Of a stretch of 32,000 bases of DNA, positions 18,684 through 27,413 are shown one piece after another. A program made the translations under genes and the position numbers. This DNA comes from Synechococcus sp. A15-28 (GTDB lineage: Bacteria > Cyanobacteriota > Cyanobacteriia > PCC-6307 > Cyanobiaceae): positions 600,001-632,000 of the forward strand of contig NZ_CP047931.1 in the NCBI RefSeq assembly GCF_014280175.1. Reading direction: 5' to 3'. A model generated the notes under the pieces. It was given only the letters and a program-made list of their open reading frames with translations. It searched no databases and was not told where the DNA came from. Within the stretch, counting starts at the first letter, position 1; every line of letters begins with the position of its first letter.

Positions 18684-20780
18684 GTGACAATGCTTGCTGC
18701 GGCTTCACCATCCCCCTGGATCATCCGCAGCGAGCTCGCCGATCGAATTCGTGTCTTCCATCCAGGTTTGTCCTCCTCGCCTGGATTGCGCCAACATTGT
18801 GCGTCTTTGCTGCACCGGACGCATTGGCTGTTGAGTCACCGTATCAATGCTGTTTCTTCAACAGTAGTTATCCGATTCCACCCTCGCCAACGAGGCGATA
18901 TCACGCTCTTACTCGACCGTTGTTTCATTGACCCGGTAGCTGATTCGGGGCTTGAAAAGGCCCTTTCAGCAGAATCGCGCATCACAGACATCACGCACAG
19001 CTCCGCTTTTCAGAAGGCCCTTCGCACTGGCGCGATTTGCGGTTCAATTCTCTTCATTGATCCGATCGTCGCTGTTCCCCCGTTGGGTCTTGGCTTGGTG
19101 GCCACCATGCTGAGCTGGCCATTATTACGTGAATTATTTGAACAAGTGAACGAGCGCCTACAAGGAGAGGCTGATCCGCGACAGTTACTACCCCCTGCAT
19201 CGGTGGAGGTGGCACTGTCCGCTACGTTGATTGGATCAGGCTTGGCGCGTGAATCTCTTGTTGAAGGACTTCTAGGCAGTTCCACTTCGGCGCTTCAGTC
19301 GATGAGTGAGAACACCCAAGGATCAAGTTCGGAATTTTTTGCGTTTCTGGAGCGTCTGAAGACGTCAGTGATGCTGAGATGCATCGATATTCAAACAGAG
19401 GAAAGTACCTTGCTTCCTATTGGTGATCTTCAAGTTGGTCAACGCTATCGCTTGATGGACGATGATCATGTTTATCTGTCTTCCCGAGTTGTCCAAGGGG
19501 AGCTGGTTGTTACGAACAGCCTCAGCGATGGTTCCTCCCTGCCATTTCGTGTGGTGCCGGGTGATCACCTCGCCTTTGGGGCTTTTGTGCTGTCCGGAGA
19601 TGGTATTTGTGAAGTGGTTCAGTCGTTTTCTGAGGTCAGTCTCTTTAAGATCGAAGACACTCTTCTCGAGGAAGATGGATCAAGTGATTTCCAAAAGCGT
19701 TTGTCTTACTTGTACGATCTTCTGCTTCCTCCCGTACAGCTTGGATTTGGTGTTTGGTCGTTGCTGAATGGTCTAACAGAACGAGCCATTGGTTTGCTTT
19801 CATTTAACCCAGCTGAAGATTCTGAACGTTCCAAATTGTCTTCTTCAGAGTCAGCTTTGGTTGATATGGCACTCAATAATGTGCACATTTCAGATTCGCG
19901 CGTTTTTGAGACATTAATGGATGTTAGTCACATCATGATCAGCATCGATGCTTTGCGCCATCTTGGTACCTATTCTTGTCAACAAACCTTGTTAAATGGT
20001 GCTTCTGCACTTGATTGTGATTTACTTCAGATTCTTTGGGCTATTGTTTCTGATTTTGGTGCTGATCCATCTGTTGTCTTATGGGGAATTTTGAGTGATG
20101 TCCAAGAGAAACATCCTGCTCTTCAGTCTCTTGAAGTCAATGTCGGTGAATCGGATCAAGGTCTTTATCGCGTTGTCCTTGAAGGTCAGCCTGTCGTTTT
20201 AATTCGTTTCACGGAGAAGGATGGGGCAATTCATGCATCTTTCTCTACTGAAGAAGCGGATCTTGGTGTTATTACGATTACTTGGCGACCATCTCAAGAG
20301 TTTGAAATGATGTCGTCTCAGCTTTGTAAGCTTGGCATTTCAGTCTCTACGGTTGGTGCTCATTGTGGGCGCACTAAGGAAGCAGAAGACCGTAAGTCCA
20401 GATTGCTAGAGCTTCGTAATCAAGGATGTAAGGTGGCTTATCTTGGAGACGTTATTGACGATATTGCTGCAATGGCAGCAGCTGATATAGCTATAGGTCT
20501 TGCAGAGGATGAACTGGGCTTTATTTCTAAGACCGTTTGCGACATTGTACTTGGAGGCGATATTTTATGGTTGGCTCGTCTTTTTGTTTTGAGCCGAAAT
20601 TTTGTAGAAGCCAATCGTTTTAACACGAATTTGATTGTTGGCTCTTCTGTCCTGCTTGCAGCAGCCTCTCTTGTTGCCACCTTCTCGCCATTGCAAACGA
20701 TATTGCTATTTAACTCTGCTCCAATCATCGCTGAGATCAATACACTCAGGTCTCTCAACGGTTCAAGTTCCAGGCTATAG
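18684..20780 (+). CDS. Catalytically degenerate P-type ATPase homologue (pseudo-ATPase)
   Basis: 698 aa, GTG start. Collinear with the upstream ATPase: GELVVTNSLSDGSSLPFRVVPGDHLAFGAFVLSG (TGES position), ISIDALRHLGTYS (DKTGT position), VAYLGDVIDDIAAMAAADIAIGLAED (GDGIND position). Confidence 0.8.
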   Translation: MTMLAAASPSPWIIRSELADRIRVFHPGLSSSPGLRQHCASLLHRTHWLLSHRINAVSSTVVIRFHPRQRGDITLLLDRCFIDPVADSGLEKALSAESRITDITHSSAFQKALRTGAICGSILFIDPIVAVPPLGLGLVATMLSWPLLRELFEQVNERLQGEADPRQLLPPASVEVALSATLIGSGLARESLVEGLLGSSTSALQSMSENTQGSSSEFFAFLERLKTSVMLRCIDIQTEESTLLPIGDLQVGQRYRLMDDDHVYLSSRVVQGELVVTNSLSDGSSLPFRVVPGDHLAFGAFVLSGDGICEVVQSFSEVSLFKIEDTLLEEDGSSDFQKRLSYLYDLLLPPVQLGFGVWSLLNGLTERAIGLLSFNPAEDSERSKLSSSESALVDMALNNVHISDSRVFETLMDVSHIMISIDALRHLGTYSCQQTLLNGASALDCDLLQILWAIVSDFGADPSVVLWGILSDVQEKHPALQSLEVNVGESDQGLYRVVLEGQPVVLIRFTEKDGAIHASFSTEEADLGVITITWRPSQEFEMMSSQLCKLGISVSTVGAHCGRTKEAEDRKSRLLELRNQGCKVAYLGDVIDDIAAMAAADIAIGLAEDELGFISKTVCDIVLGGDILWLARLFVLSRNFVEANRFNTNLIVGSSVLLAAASLVATFSPLQTILLFNSAPIIAEINTLRSLNGSSSRL

Positions 20781-20815
20781 GGGTTGATTGTTAATTGATA
20801 TCTACAAATTCGAAT

Positions 20816-21421
20816 TCAGTTAACAAGTATCTTGACTCCGATGGCGATAAACAATGCCCCGCTTATGTACGACAGTCGTTTTTGACATAATCGATTTTTT
20901 AAACATTTTCCAGAGTAAACTGCCGTAATGGCTAAAAGAACGTTTGCGGCGACTGCTCCGGAGAAAATACTTTCAGCAGATATATTTGGACCTGCTGCTA
21001 AGGCAAGGAGTGCAAGTTGTGTGCGATCCCCGAATTCGGCTAAAAATGTTGTTGTGAAGGAGTTGCGTATGACGGCGTTGGCTGCCATCTTTGGTGCTGG
21101 TAATTGGAATTGGCTTGTATCGCATTCATCTTTGGCGACGTCAATCTTTGCTTCCAATCGTCTTGCTTCAATAATTGCGTTTGTGCCAAAGAGAAGGAAC
21201 GCAATACCCGAGACAATCTGAATGGTGTCGATGGATACGATCGATCTCATCCATACCCCAGCAGTGATCCAAAGTCCTGCCCCTATTGTGAGGGCTGAAA
21301 CGCTTCCAGTGAAAACCCAACGTGCTTTATGTCTTGCTGCCAGCAGAAGGGTAGTAATGAATGACTTATCTCCAACGCCTGCGATTGCGACAGTGGCGAA
21401 AGCAGTTGTGAACCCTGCCAC
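20816..21421 (-). CDS. TMEM165/GDT1 (UPF0016) family membrane protein
   Basis: Two repeated motifs: AGVGDKSFITTLLLAARH and AEFGDRTQLALLALA; about 6 TM helices. GTG start at 21421. Confidence 0.85.
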   Translation of the reverse strand: MAGFTTAFATVAIAGVGDKSFITTLLLAARHKARWVFTGSVSALTIGAGLWITAGVWMRSIVSIDTIQIVSGIAFLLFGTNAIIEARRLEAKIDVAKDECDTSQFQLPAPKMAANAVIRNSFTTTFLAEFGDRTQLALLALAAGPNISAESIFSGAVAANVLLAITAVYSGKCLKNRLCQKRLSYISGALFIAIGVKILVN

Positions 21422-21499
21422 GATCTTTAAAAACTTTACAGAAACCCTATCGGAAAAGTCTCATGCCCGTTGTTTCCGTCAGTACATGTGGATATGGCT

Positions 21500-22027
21500 T
21501 CAGTGATTTGTGGGTTTCTTGATCAGCCAAGCTGTGCGCTGTCCGGCTCGATGGATCCGTTCAAACTCGAGGCCCATTCTGCGAAATCCAAGTTGACCAC
21601 TTGATAGTTGTACGGTCTGGGGCAAGCGCTTCACCTCGAGGAGCGAACAAATCTCGTGGCTAGAGAGTTCGATTTTTGTTGTTTTGAGCAAATGGAGAAG
21701 CTCAATTTTTTCACGCAGTAAACGTAGTTTGGAATACTTTCTGACGTCGTCTTGGAAAGGTTGCTCTGTATTTGTCTCGGTTGTTACTAGTTCATGATGG
21801 CTGCTGTTGGAGTCCACGGTGACGACTTCAGCTACCAGGGGGGCCTTCGGATTGTCCCGTCCGAGGTGGTCGTAGATAAGACCCGTTTCCTCCTGACGGA
21901 CCAAGGTGCGCATGCCTCGTCGAATTGGCTCAATTCCGAGTTCGCGAATGATGAGAAGCAGTTCAACGCGTGATATCCCTAGATCCGCCTCCAGGCTGCC
22001 AAGGCTGACTGCTTGCTGAGAGCTCAT
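21500..22027 (-). CDS. Hypothetical protein with possible HTH segments
   Basis: 175 aa; VSLGSLEADLGISRVELLLIIRELGIEPIRRGMRTLVRQEE looks like a MerR/HTH-like N-terminus; no other recognised domain. Confidence 0.5.
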   Translation of the reverse strand: MSSQQAVSLGSLEADLGISRVELLLIIRELGIEPIRRGMRTLVRQEETGLIYDHLGRDNPKAPLVAEVVTVDSNSSHHELVTTETNTEQPFQDDVRKYSKLRLLREKIELLHLLKTTKIELSSHEICSLLEVKRLPQTVQLSSGQLGFRRMGLEFERIHRAGQRTAWLIKKPTNH

Positions 22028-22093
22028 GTTGGCAATCTCTTGGATTCTCTTTTAACACGTTGGTTGCTTTGCGCTTTCTATTGTCACCGGCCC

Positions 22094-22131
22094 AAAAAAA
22101 ACGTGTGTGAAGCCCGATGGTTTCACACACG
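22094..22131 (-). terminator. Rho-independent terminator downstream of cysK
   Basis: On the minus strand: CGTGTGTGAA - 10 nt loop - TTCACACACG followed by TTTTTTTT; 10 bp perfect stem. Confidence 0.88.
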
Positions 22132-22176
22132 CATGGATTAGAGCGTGAGCCGATGCATGGCCCCAGCGCTGTTGGT

Positions 22177-23163
22177 TCAGACCGCCACAGGCTGCTCGAT
22201 GATGCCTGTGGGCACCTCGGCGAACATCACTGAAGAGAGATAGCGCTCGGCCAGGTCGGGCAGCACCACAACGATGGTCTTGCCGGCGTACTCATCCTTC
22301 TCCGCCAGACGAATGGCGGCAGCGGCGGCGGCACCACAGGAGATGCCCACCAGCAGACCTTCTTCTTTGGCCAGACGCAGGGCCATCTCCACGGATTCCT
22401 CGTTGGTGACCTGCTCCACCTTGTCTACCACTGACATGTCCAGGTTCTTGGGGATGAAGCCGGCGCCGATGCCCTGAATTTTGTGGGGGCCGGGCTTGAG
22501 GGCCTCGCCGTTCATAGTCTGGGTGATCACCGGGCTGTTGGTCGGTTCGACCGCCACGGATTCGATCGCCTTGCCGGCGTCGGTTTTGATGTATCGGGAG
22601 ACGCCGGTGATGGTGCCGCCGGTACCGACGCCGGCCACCAGCACATCGATGGCGCCGTCGCAGTCGTTCCAGATCTCCGGGCCCGTGGTCTTGAAGTGGA
22701 TCTCGGGGTTGGCGGGATTGTCGAACTGGCCAGGCATGAAGTACTTGGCCGGATCGCCGTCGGCGATCTCCTTGGCCTTGGCGATGGCGCCGGGCATGCC
22801 CTTGGCGGCCTCGGTGAGGATCAGTTCAGCGCCGAGAACGGCCATCATCCGGCGACGCTCGATCGACATCGATTCGGGCATCGTGAGGATCAGCTTGTAG
22901 CCACGGGCTGCAGCCGTGAAAGCCAGGGCGATGCCGGTGTTGCCGGAGGTGGGCTCAACGATCACCTTGTCCTTGGTGAGCTTGCCGCTTTTCTCGGCAT
23001 CCCAGATCATGTTGGCGCCGATCCGGCACTTGACGCTGTAAGCGGGATTGCGTCCTTCCACCTTGGCCAGCACGGTGGCTTTGCAGTTCTTGGTGACGCT
23101 GTTGAGCTTCACCAGCGGGGTGTTGCCGATGGCGAGGCTGTTGTCGTCGTAGATGCGGGACAT
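22177..23163 (-). CDS. cysK: Cysteine synthase A (O-acetylserine sulfhydrylase)
   Basis: [73 protein letters not shown]. The track ORF opens upstream; the stop may extend slightly within the annotated frame. Confidence 0.92.
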   Translation of the reverse strand: MSRIYDDNSLAIGNTPLVKLNSVTKNCKATVLAKVEGRNPAYSVKCRIGANMIWDAEKSGKLTKDKVIVEPTSGNTGIALAFTAAARGYKLILTMPESMSIERRRMMAVLGAELILTEAAKGMPGAIAKAKEIADGDPAKYFMPGQFDNPANPEIHFKTTGPEIWNDCDGAIDVLVAGVGTGGTITGVSRYIKTDAGKAIESVAVEPTNSPVITQTMNGEALKPGPHKIQGIGAGFIPKNLDMSVVDKVEQVTNEESVEMALRLAKEEGLLVGISCGAAAAAAIRLAEKDEYAGKTIVVVLPDLAERYLSSVMFAEVPTGIIEQPVAV

Positions 23164-23265
23164 GAGGCTGCTGGCAGGTAAGAGGGCCCGAAGAAAACAA
23201 ACTAGGCATCGGAATCCCTGTTCAGCGCTGTTGTTAAGGGCTTTTTCAGAGTCTCTGCTTTCTCT

Positions 23266-24717
23266 TCACGGTTTCAGTGCTTGTTCGAACCGTTGCCAGA
23301 GCTCGTCAGGATCTTCCAGACCGACGGAGACTCGCAGCAGATGGGCCGGCACGCCGCATTGGCCTGCCCAGTCCAGTTCGTCGTAATGGGCCAGCTGGGT
23401 GTACGGACAAGCCAGGGTGAAGTGGGTTCCCAGGCTTGGCCCCTTGCTCACCCGCAGGGCATCGAACACTTGTTGCGCCCTGGTGGCGTCGTTCAGCACA
23501 AAGGAGAGCAGGCAGCCGTGGCCGGCGTTGGGGCGCATCAGGGTCGTGAAATTGGCGCAGTCCTTTGGGTGCAGCACCTGGCGCACAGCCGGGTGCTGTT
23601 CCAGGTGTTGCGCCAGCTGCAGGCAGTGGCGATCCAGCAGCGGAACCCGTTGGCTCACGTCTCGACTCGCCTGCTCCAGGGCCATCGCATCACCATCCCC
23701 CAGGGGGGCTGGGGTTGAAATGACCGCCTGCAGGTCTGGGCTCCAGCGGGAGTGGGGGCTCACCAGCAGGCTGCCGCCCATCACATCCCCGCGGCCGGCG
23801 AAGCTTTTGGTGAGCGAGGTGAAGATCAGATCGACATAGGGCAGGGCATTGAGGTTGATGCCGGTGCCGATGGTGTCGTCCGCGATTACAGGAATCCCCC
23901 GGGAGTGGGCGATCTCGCTCACCATCGGCAGGTCCACACAGCGCAGCAGCGGATTGCTGGGCAGCTCCACGATCACCGCGGCGGGGTTGAGCCGGTCCAA
24001 GGTCGCTGCGATCTGCGCCTGGTCGCTGGTCTGCAACAGCTCACCGCCGTGGAACACCACCTGCGGTTGCTTGAGCACATCCACATAGGGAAAGCCGAGC
24101 TGCAGGGTGGGGCGCTGTGGACGCAGATGCTGAATGGCGGTCAGTGCGGCATGCAGGCCAGCCATCCCCGCCGGATGCAGGCTGATCCGCTGGGCCTCGA
24201 TGCCGTGGATGGCACCCAGGCGCTGGCAGACAGCAGTTCTGGCGGCGTCCGCCTCCGCTGCTGAAGGGGCGGCCTCCAACCCCAGCGCCACCGCAGCCTG
24301 ACGGGAGGAGGCGCCGAGACCGGTGTGCTGCCAGAAGGCCTTGGCATGGGGCGTGGCGCCGGCATCAGTGTGCAATGCCACCAAGGGGCCGAAGTTGGTC
24401 AGTTGGTTGTGGGCCTGCGGTGCCTTGCGTTGGCAGTGGGCCTGGGCGGCGCGGGCGGCGGCTTCTGTGGCGAAGGGCCAGGCGGTCAAACCATCCACGG
24501 CCATCCGGGCGGTCAGCGTCTGCAGCAGAGGGTGCAGCCCGAAGCGCGGGTAAATCGTCTGCAGTGCCTGGCGACAGGCGGGATCCTTTTCCTCATAGGC
24601 GATCACGTCCTGCCAGCGCGGCAACGCCATCGACACGGCGTGGGTGGTATCCGGCAGGGGATGGCCAAGATCTGAGCCCTGCCAGCAGGGATCGCTCAGC
24701 AGATCGCGGGGACTCAC
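23266..24717 (-). CDS. Cys/Met metabolism PLP-dependent enzyme (cystathionine gamma-synthase-like) with long N-terminal region
   Basis: ISLHPAGMAGLHAALTAI, ADDTIGTGINLN, DLIFTSLTKSFAGRGDVMGGSLLVSP, LRVSVGLEDPDELW. Confidence 0.82.
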   Translation of the reverse strand: MSPRDLLSDPCWQGSDLGHPLPDTTHAVSMALPRWQDVIAYEEKDPACRQALQTIYPRFGLHPLLQTLTARMAVDGLTAWPFATEAAARAAQAHCQRKAPQAHNQLTNFGPLVALHTDAGATPHAKAFWQHTGLGASSRQAAVALGLEAAPSAAEADAARTAVCQRLGAIHGIEAQRISLHPAGMAGLHAALTAIQHLRPQRPTLQLGFPYVDVLKQPQVVFHGGELLQTSDQAQIAATLDRLNPAAVIVELPSNPLLRCVDLPMVSEIAHSRGIPVIADDTIGTGINLNALPYVDLIFTSLTKSFAGRGDVMGGSLLVSPHSRWSPDLQAVISTPAPLGDGDAMALEQASRDVSQRVPLLDRHCLQLAQHLEQHPAVRQVLHPKDCANFTTLMRPNAGHGCLLSFVLNDATRAQQVFDALRVSKGPSLGTHFTLACPYTQLAHYDELDWAGQCGVPAHLLRVSVGLEDPDELWQRFEQALKP

Positions 24718-25883
24718 GCCAGCAGCTCCAGGGCCTGGTCCAGATCGGCCTGCAGATCGGCGAGGTCTTCGCAGCCTACCGAGAAGCGCACGAGTCCGTC
24801 GTCAATGCCCAGTCTGGCCTTCACCTCGGCCGACACTGCAGCGTGGGTCATGGTGGCGGGGTGGCAGATCAGGCTTTCAATGCCCCCAAGGCTCTCGGCC
24901 ATGGTGAACCAGCGCAGTTGTTTGCAGAGGGCATAGGTCTGCTCCTGGCTGGCGTTGAAGCTCACCGTCACGATGGCCCCACCGGCGCGCATCTGACGGG
25001 TCGCCACCTGATGCTGAGGGTGATCACTGCGGTGGGGGTAACGCACCCAATTCACCTTGGCGTGCCCAGCCAGTTGATCGGCGAGGGCTGCGGCATTGGC
25101 CATCTGCTGCTTCAGCCGCAGCGGCAGGGTCTTGATGCCGCGGGTGATCAGCCAGCAATCAAAAGGGGAGGGCTGCAGGCCCAGGGCCTTCTGGGAGAAC
25201 ACCATCTTCTGGTGCCACTCGGGATCGTTGGTGCACACGGCTCCGCCGAGGGCATCGGAGTGGCCGTTGATGTATTTGGTGGTGCTGGTGAGCGAGAGGG
25301 TGGCGCCCAGATCCAGGGGGCGCTGCACCAGGGCGGTGGCGAAGGTGTTGTCCACCACCACGGGGATGCCGAGGGGTTGGCTGATGGCACAGACCGCCTC
25401 CAGGTCGATCACCTTGAGCAGGGGGTTGGTGGGACTCTCCAGCCAAACCATCGCCGGCTTCTGGTCTTGGATCTCCTTCAGTGCTGCGGCCTGGGTGAAG
25501 TCCACCCAGGCGGTGCGCAGGCCGAACTTGGCGAACACCTGCTCGAACAGCCGCACGGTGCAGCCGTAGAGGTTTTCCTCACACAGCACCAGATCACCCT
25601 GCTTCAGCTGCGACACCACAGCGGTGATGGCGCTGACGCCGGAGGCGAAGACGGTGGCGTGGGCGCAGCCTTCCACCGAGGCAAGCACCCCATCGAGGAT
25701 GCGGAAGTTGGGGTTGCCCGAGCGGGTGTAATCAAACCCGCCGGCGTTGCCATGGGCAAAGGTGCTGGTCGGAAAGATCGGCGGCATCACCGTGCCGGTG
25801 TCCCCCGCAAAGCTGTCGCCGTGGTGGATCACCCGGGTGTTCAAGCCTTCGTTGTCGCCTTCCTTCAATGCCACTGGAGCCAC
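24714..25883 (-). CDS. metB: Cystathionine gamma-synthase / gamma-lyase
   Basis: RSGNPNFRILDGVLASVEG, ESPTNPLLKVIDL, DNTFATALVQRPLDLGATLSLTSTTKYINGHSDALGG, ESLGGIESLICHPATMTHA. Confidence 0.85.
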   Translation of the reverse strand: MAPVALKEGDNEGLNTRVIHHGDSFAGDTGTVMPPIFPTSTFAHGNAGGFDYTRSGNPNFRILDGVLASVEGCAHATVFASGVSAITAVVSQLKQGDLVLCEENLYGCTVRLFEQVFAKFGLRTAWVDFTQAAALKEIQDQKPAMVWLESPTNPLLKVIDLEAVCAISQPLGIPVVVDNTFATALVQRPLDLGATLSLTSTTKYINGHSDALGGAVCTNDPEWHQKMVFSQKALGLQPSPFDCWLITRGIKTLPLRLKQQMANAAALADQLAGHAKVNWVRYPHRSDHPQHQVATRQMRAGGAIVTVSFNASQEQTYALCKQLRWFTMAESLGGIESLICHPATMTHAAVSAEVKARLGIDDGLVRFSVGCEDLADLQADLDQALELLA

Positions 25884-25960
25884 CAGTACAGGCTAAGAAA
25901 TCAAGGTCGGCACGATTTAGTGAATAAATCAACTCAAAATAATTACGATTTCGTGCCAAC

Positions 25961-25990
25961 AAAAAAGCTCCCGCCGAAAGGCGGAAGCTT
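25961..25990 (-). terminator. Rho-independent terminator of the psbDC operon
   Basis: Minus strand AAGCTTCCGCC TTTC GGCGGGAGCTT TTTT: stem with one internal mismatch followed by a T tract; about 35 nt after the psbC stop. Confidence 0.88.
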
Positions 25991-26024
25991 GAGGACTATC
26001 GATCGGTTGAAAAAAACCGTTGGA

Positions 26025-27413
26025 TCAGTCGAGGTCGGGCATGCCGAGCACAGGCTCAGCCTTGCGGTCGATGCCTTTCTCGAAGCCAGCAGCAGCAGCG
26101 CGAGCGCGGCCGGCGTGCCAGAGGTGACCAACCAGGAAGAAGAAGGCGAGCACGAACTGCGTTGCACCCAGCCACTGGCGGAGGTTCACGTAGTTCACCG
26201 AGTTGGGCTCGGTGATGATGCCGCCAACGGAGTTGATCGAGGCGTTGGGAGCGTGGGTCATGTACTCAGCCGCACGGCGCACCTGCCAGGGCTGAATGTC
26301 GTTCTGCAGCTTGTCGAGGCTGAGACCGTTGGGGCCACGCAGGGGCTCCAGCCAGGGACCACGGAAGTCCCAGAAGCGCATGGTTTCACCACCGAAGATG
26401 ATTTCGCCAGTGGGTGAACGCATCAGGTACTTACCCAGGCCGGTGGGGCCCATGGCGGAACCGATGTTGGCGCCAAGGCGCTGGTCGCGCACTAGGAAGG
26501 TGAAACTCTGAGCCTGGGATGCCTCAGCGTTGGTGGGGCCCCAGAACTCGGAGGGATAGGCGGTGTTGTTGAACCAGATGTAGGCCGAGGCGATGAAGCT
26601 CATGAAGCTCAGGGCGCCGAGGCTGTAGCTCAGGTAGGCCTCACCGTTCCAGATGAAGGCGCGACGCACCCAGCCGAAGGGTTTGGTGATGGCGTGCCAG
26701 ATGCCACCGAAGATCAGGGTCAGGCCCAACCAGATGTGGCCACCGATGATGTCCTCCATGGAGTTCACACCGATGATCCAGCCTTCGCCACCGAAGGGGG
26801 CGCGGGTCAGGTAACCGAAGATCACGCCCGGATCCAGGGTTGGGTTGGTGATCATGCGGACGTCACCGCCGCCGGGGGCCCAGGTGTCGTAGACGCCGCC
26901 GAAGAACATGGCCTTGAAGACCAGCAGCAGGCAGCCGACGCCGAGCAGGATCAGGTGATAACCAATGATATTGGTCATCTGGTTCTTGTCGCGCCAGTCT
27001 TGGGAGAAGAAGGAGGAATAGTTCTCCAGGATCTCCGGACCGCGCAGGGCGTGGTACAGACCGCCAAGGCCGAGAACGGCCGAGCTGATCAGGTGCAGAA
27101 CACCGACCACGAAGAAGGGGAAGAGATCAGTGACCTCACCGCCGGGGCCCACGCCGTAGCCAAGGGTGGCGACGTGGGGCATGCAGATGAAGCCCTGTTC
27201 ATACATGGGCTTGTCGAAGGTGAAGTGGCTCACCTCGAACAGCATCATGGCGCCGGCCCAAAACACCATCAGGCCAGCGTGCGCCACGTGGGCGCCCAGC
27301 AGACGGCCGGACAGGTTGATCAGACGGGCGTTGCCGGACCACCAGGCATAGCCGGTGGAGTCAAGGTCTTTGCCGCCAGTGGCGCCAAGACCGGGATTAG
27401 AGAGCGTTACCAC
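26025..27413 (-). CDS. psbC: Photosystem II CP43 protein
   Basis: CP43 sequence from GTG start ([27 protein letters not shown]...GMPDLD). The 514 aa ORF in the track extends back into psbD; the GTG at 27411-27413 is the conventional start. Confidence 0.96.
   Translation of the reverse strand: MVTLSNPGLGATGGKDLDSTGYAWWSGNARLINLSGRLLGAHVAHAGLMVFWAGAMMLFEVSHFTFDKPMYEQGFICMPHVATLGYGVGPGGEVTDLFPFFVVGVLHLISSAVLGLGGLYHALRGPEILENYSSFFSQDWRDKNQMTNIIGYHLILLGVGCLLLVFKAMFFGGVYDTWAPGGGDVRMITNPTLDPGVIFGYLTRAPFGGEGWIIGVNSMEDIIGGHIWLGLTLIFGGIWHAITKPFGWVRRAFIWNGEAYLSYSLGALSFMSFIASAYIWFNNTAYPSEFWGPTNAEASQAQSFTFLVRDQRLGANIGSAMGPTGLGKYLMRSPTGEIIFGGETMRFWDFRGPWLEPLRGPNGLSLDKLQNDIQPWQVRRAAEYMTHAPNASINSVGGIITEPNSVNYVNLRQWLGATQFVLAFFFLVGHLWHAGRARAAAAGFEKGIDRKAEPVLGMPDLD

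Noticed and set aside
10373-22027. Possible prophage, defence island, toxin-antitoxin or CRISPR array
   Set aside because: No integrase, capsid, nuclease, toxin-like pair or regularly spaced direct repeats were visible; gene content is transport and membrane related.
24375-26417. 680 aa plus-strand ORF in the track
   Set aside because: It is antisense to two PLP enzymes and part of psbC and has low-complexity composition (many H/G/A/Q). Shadow ORF typical of high-GC coding DNA.
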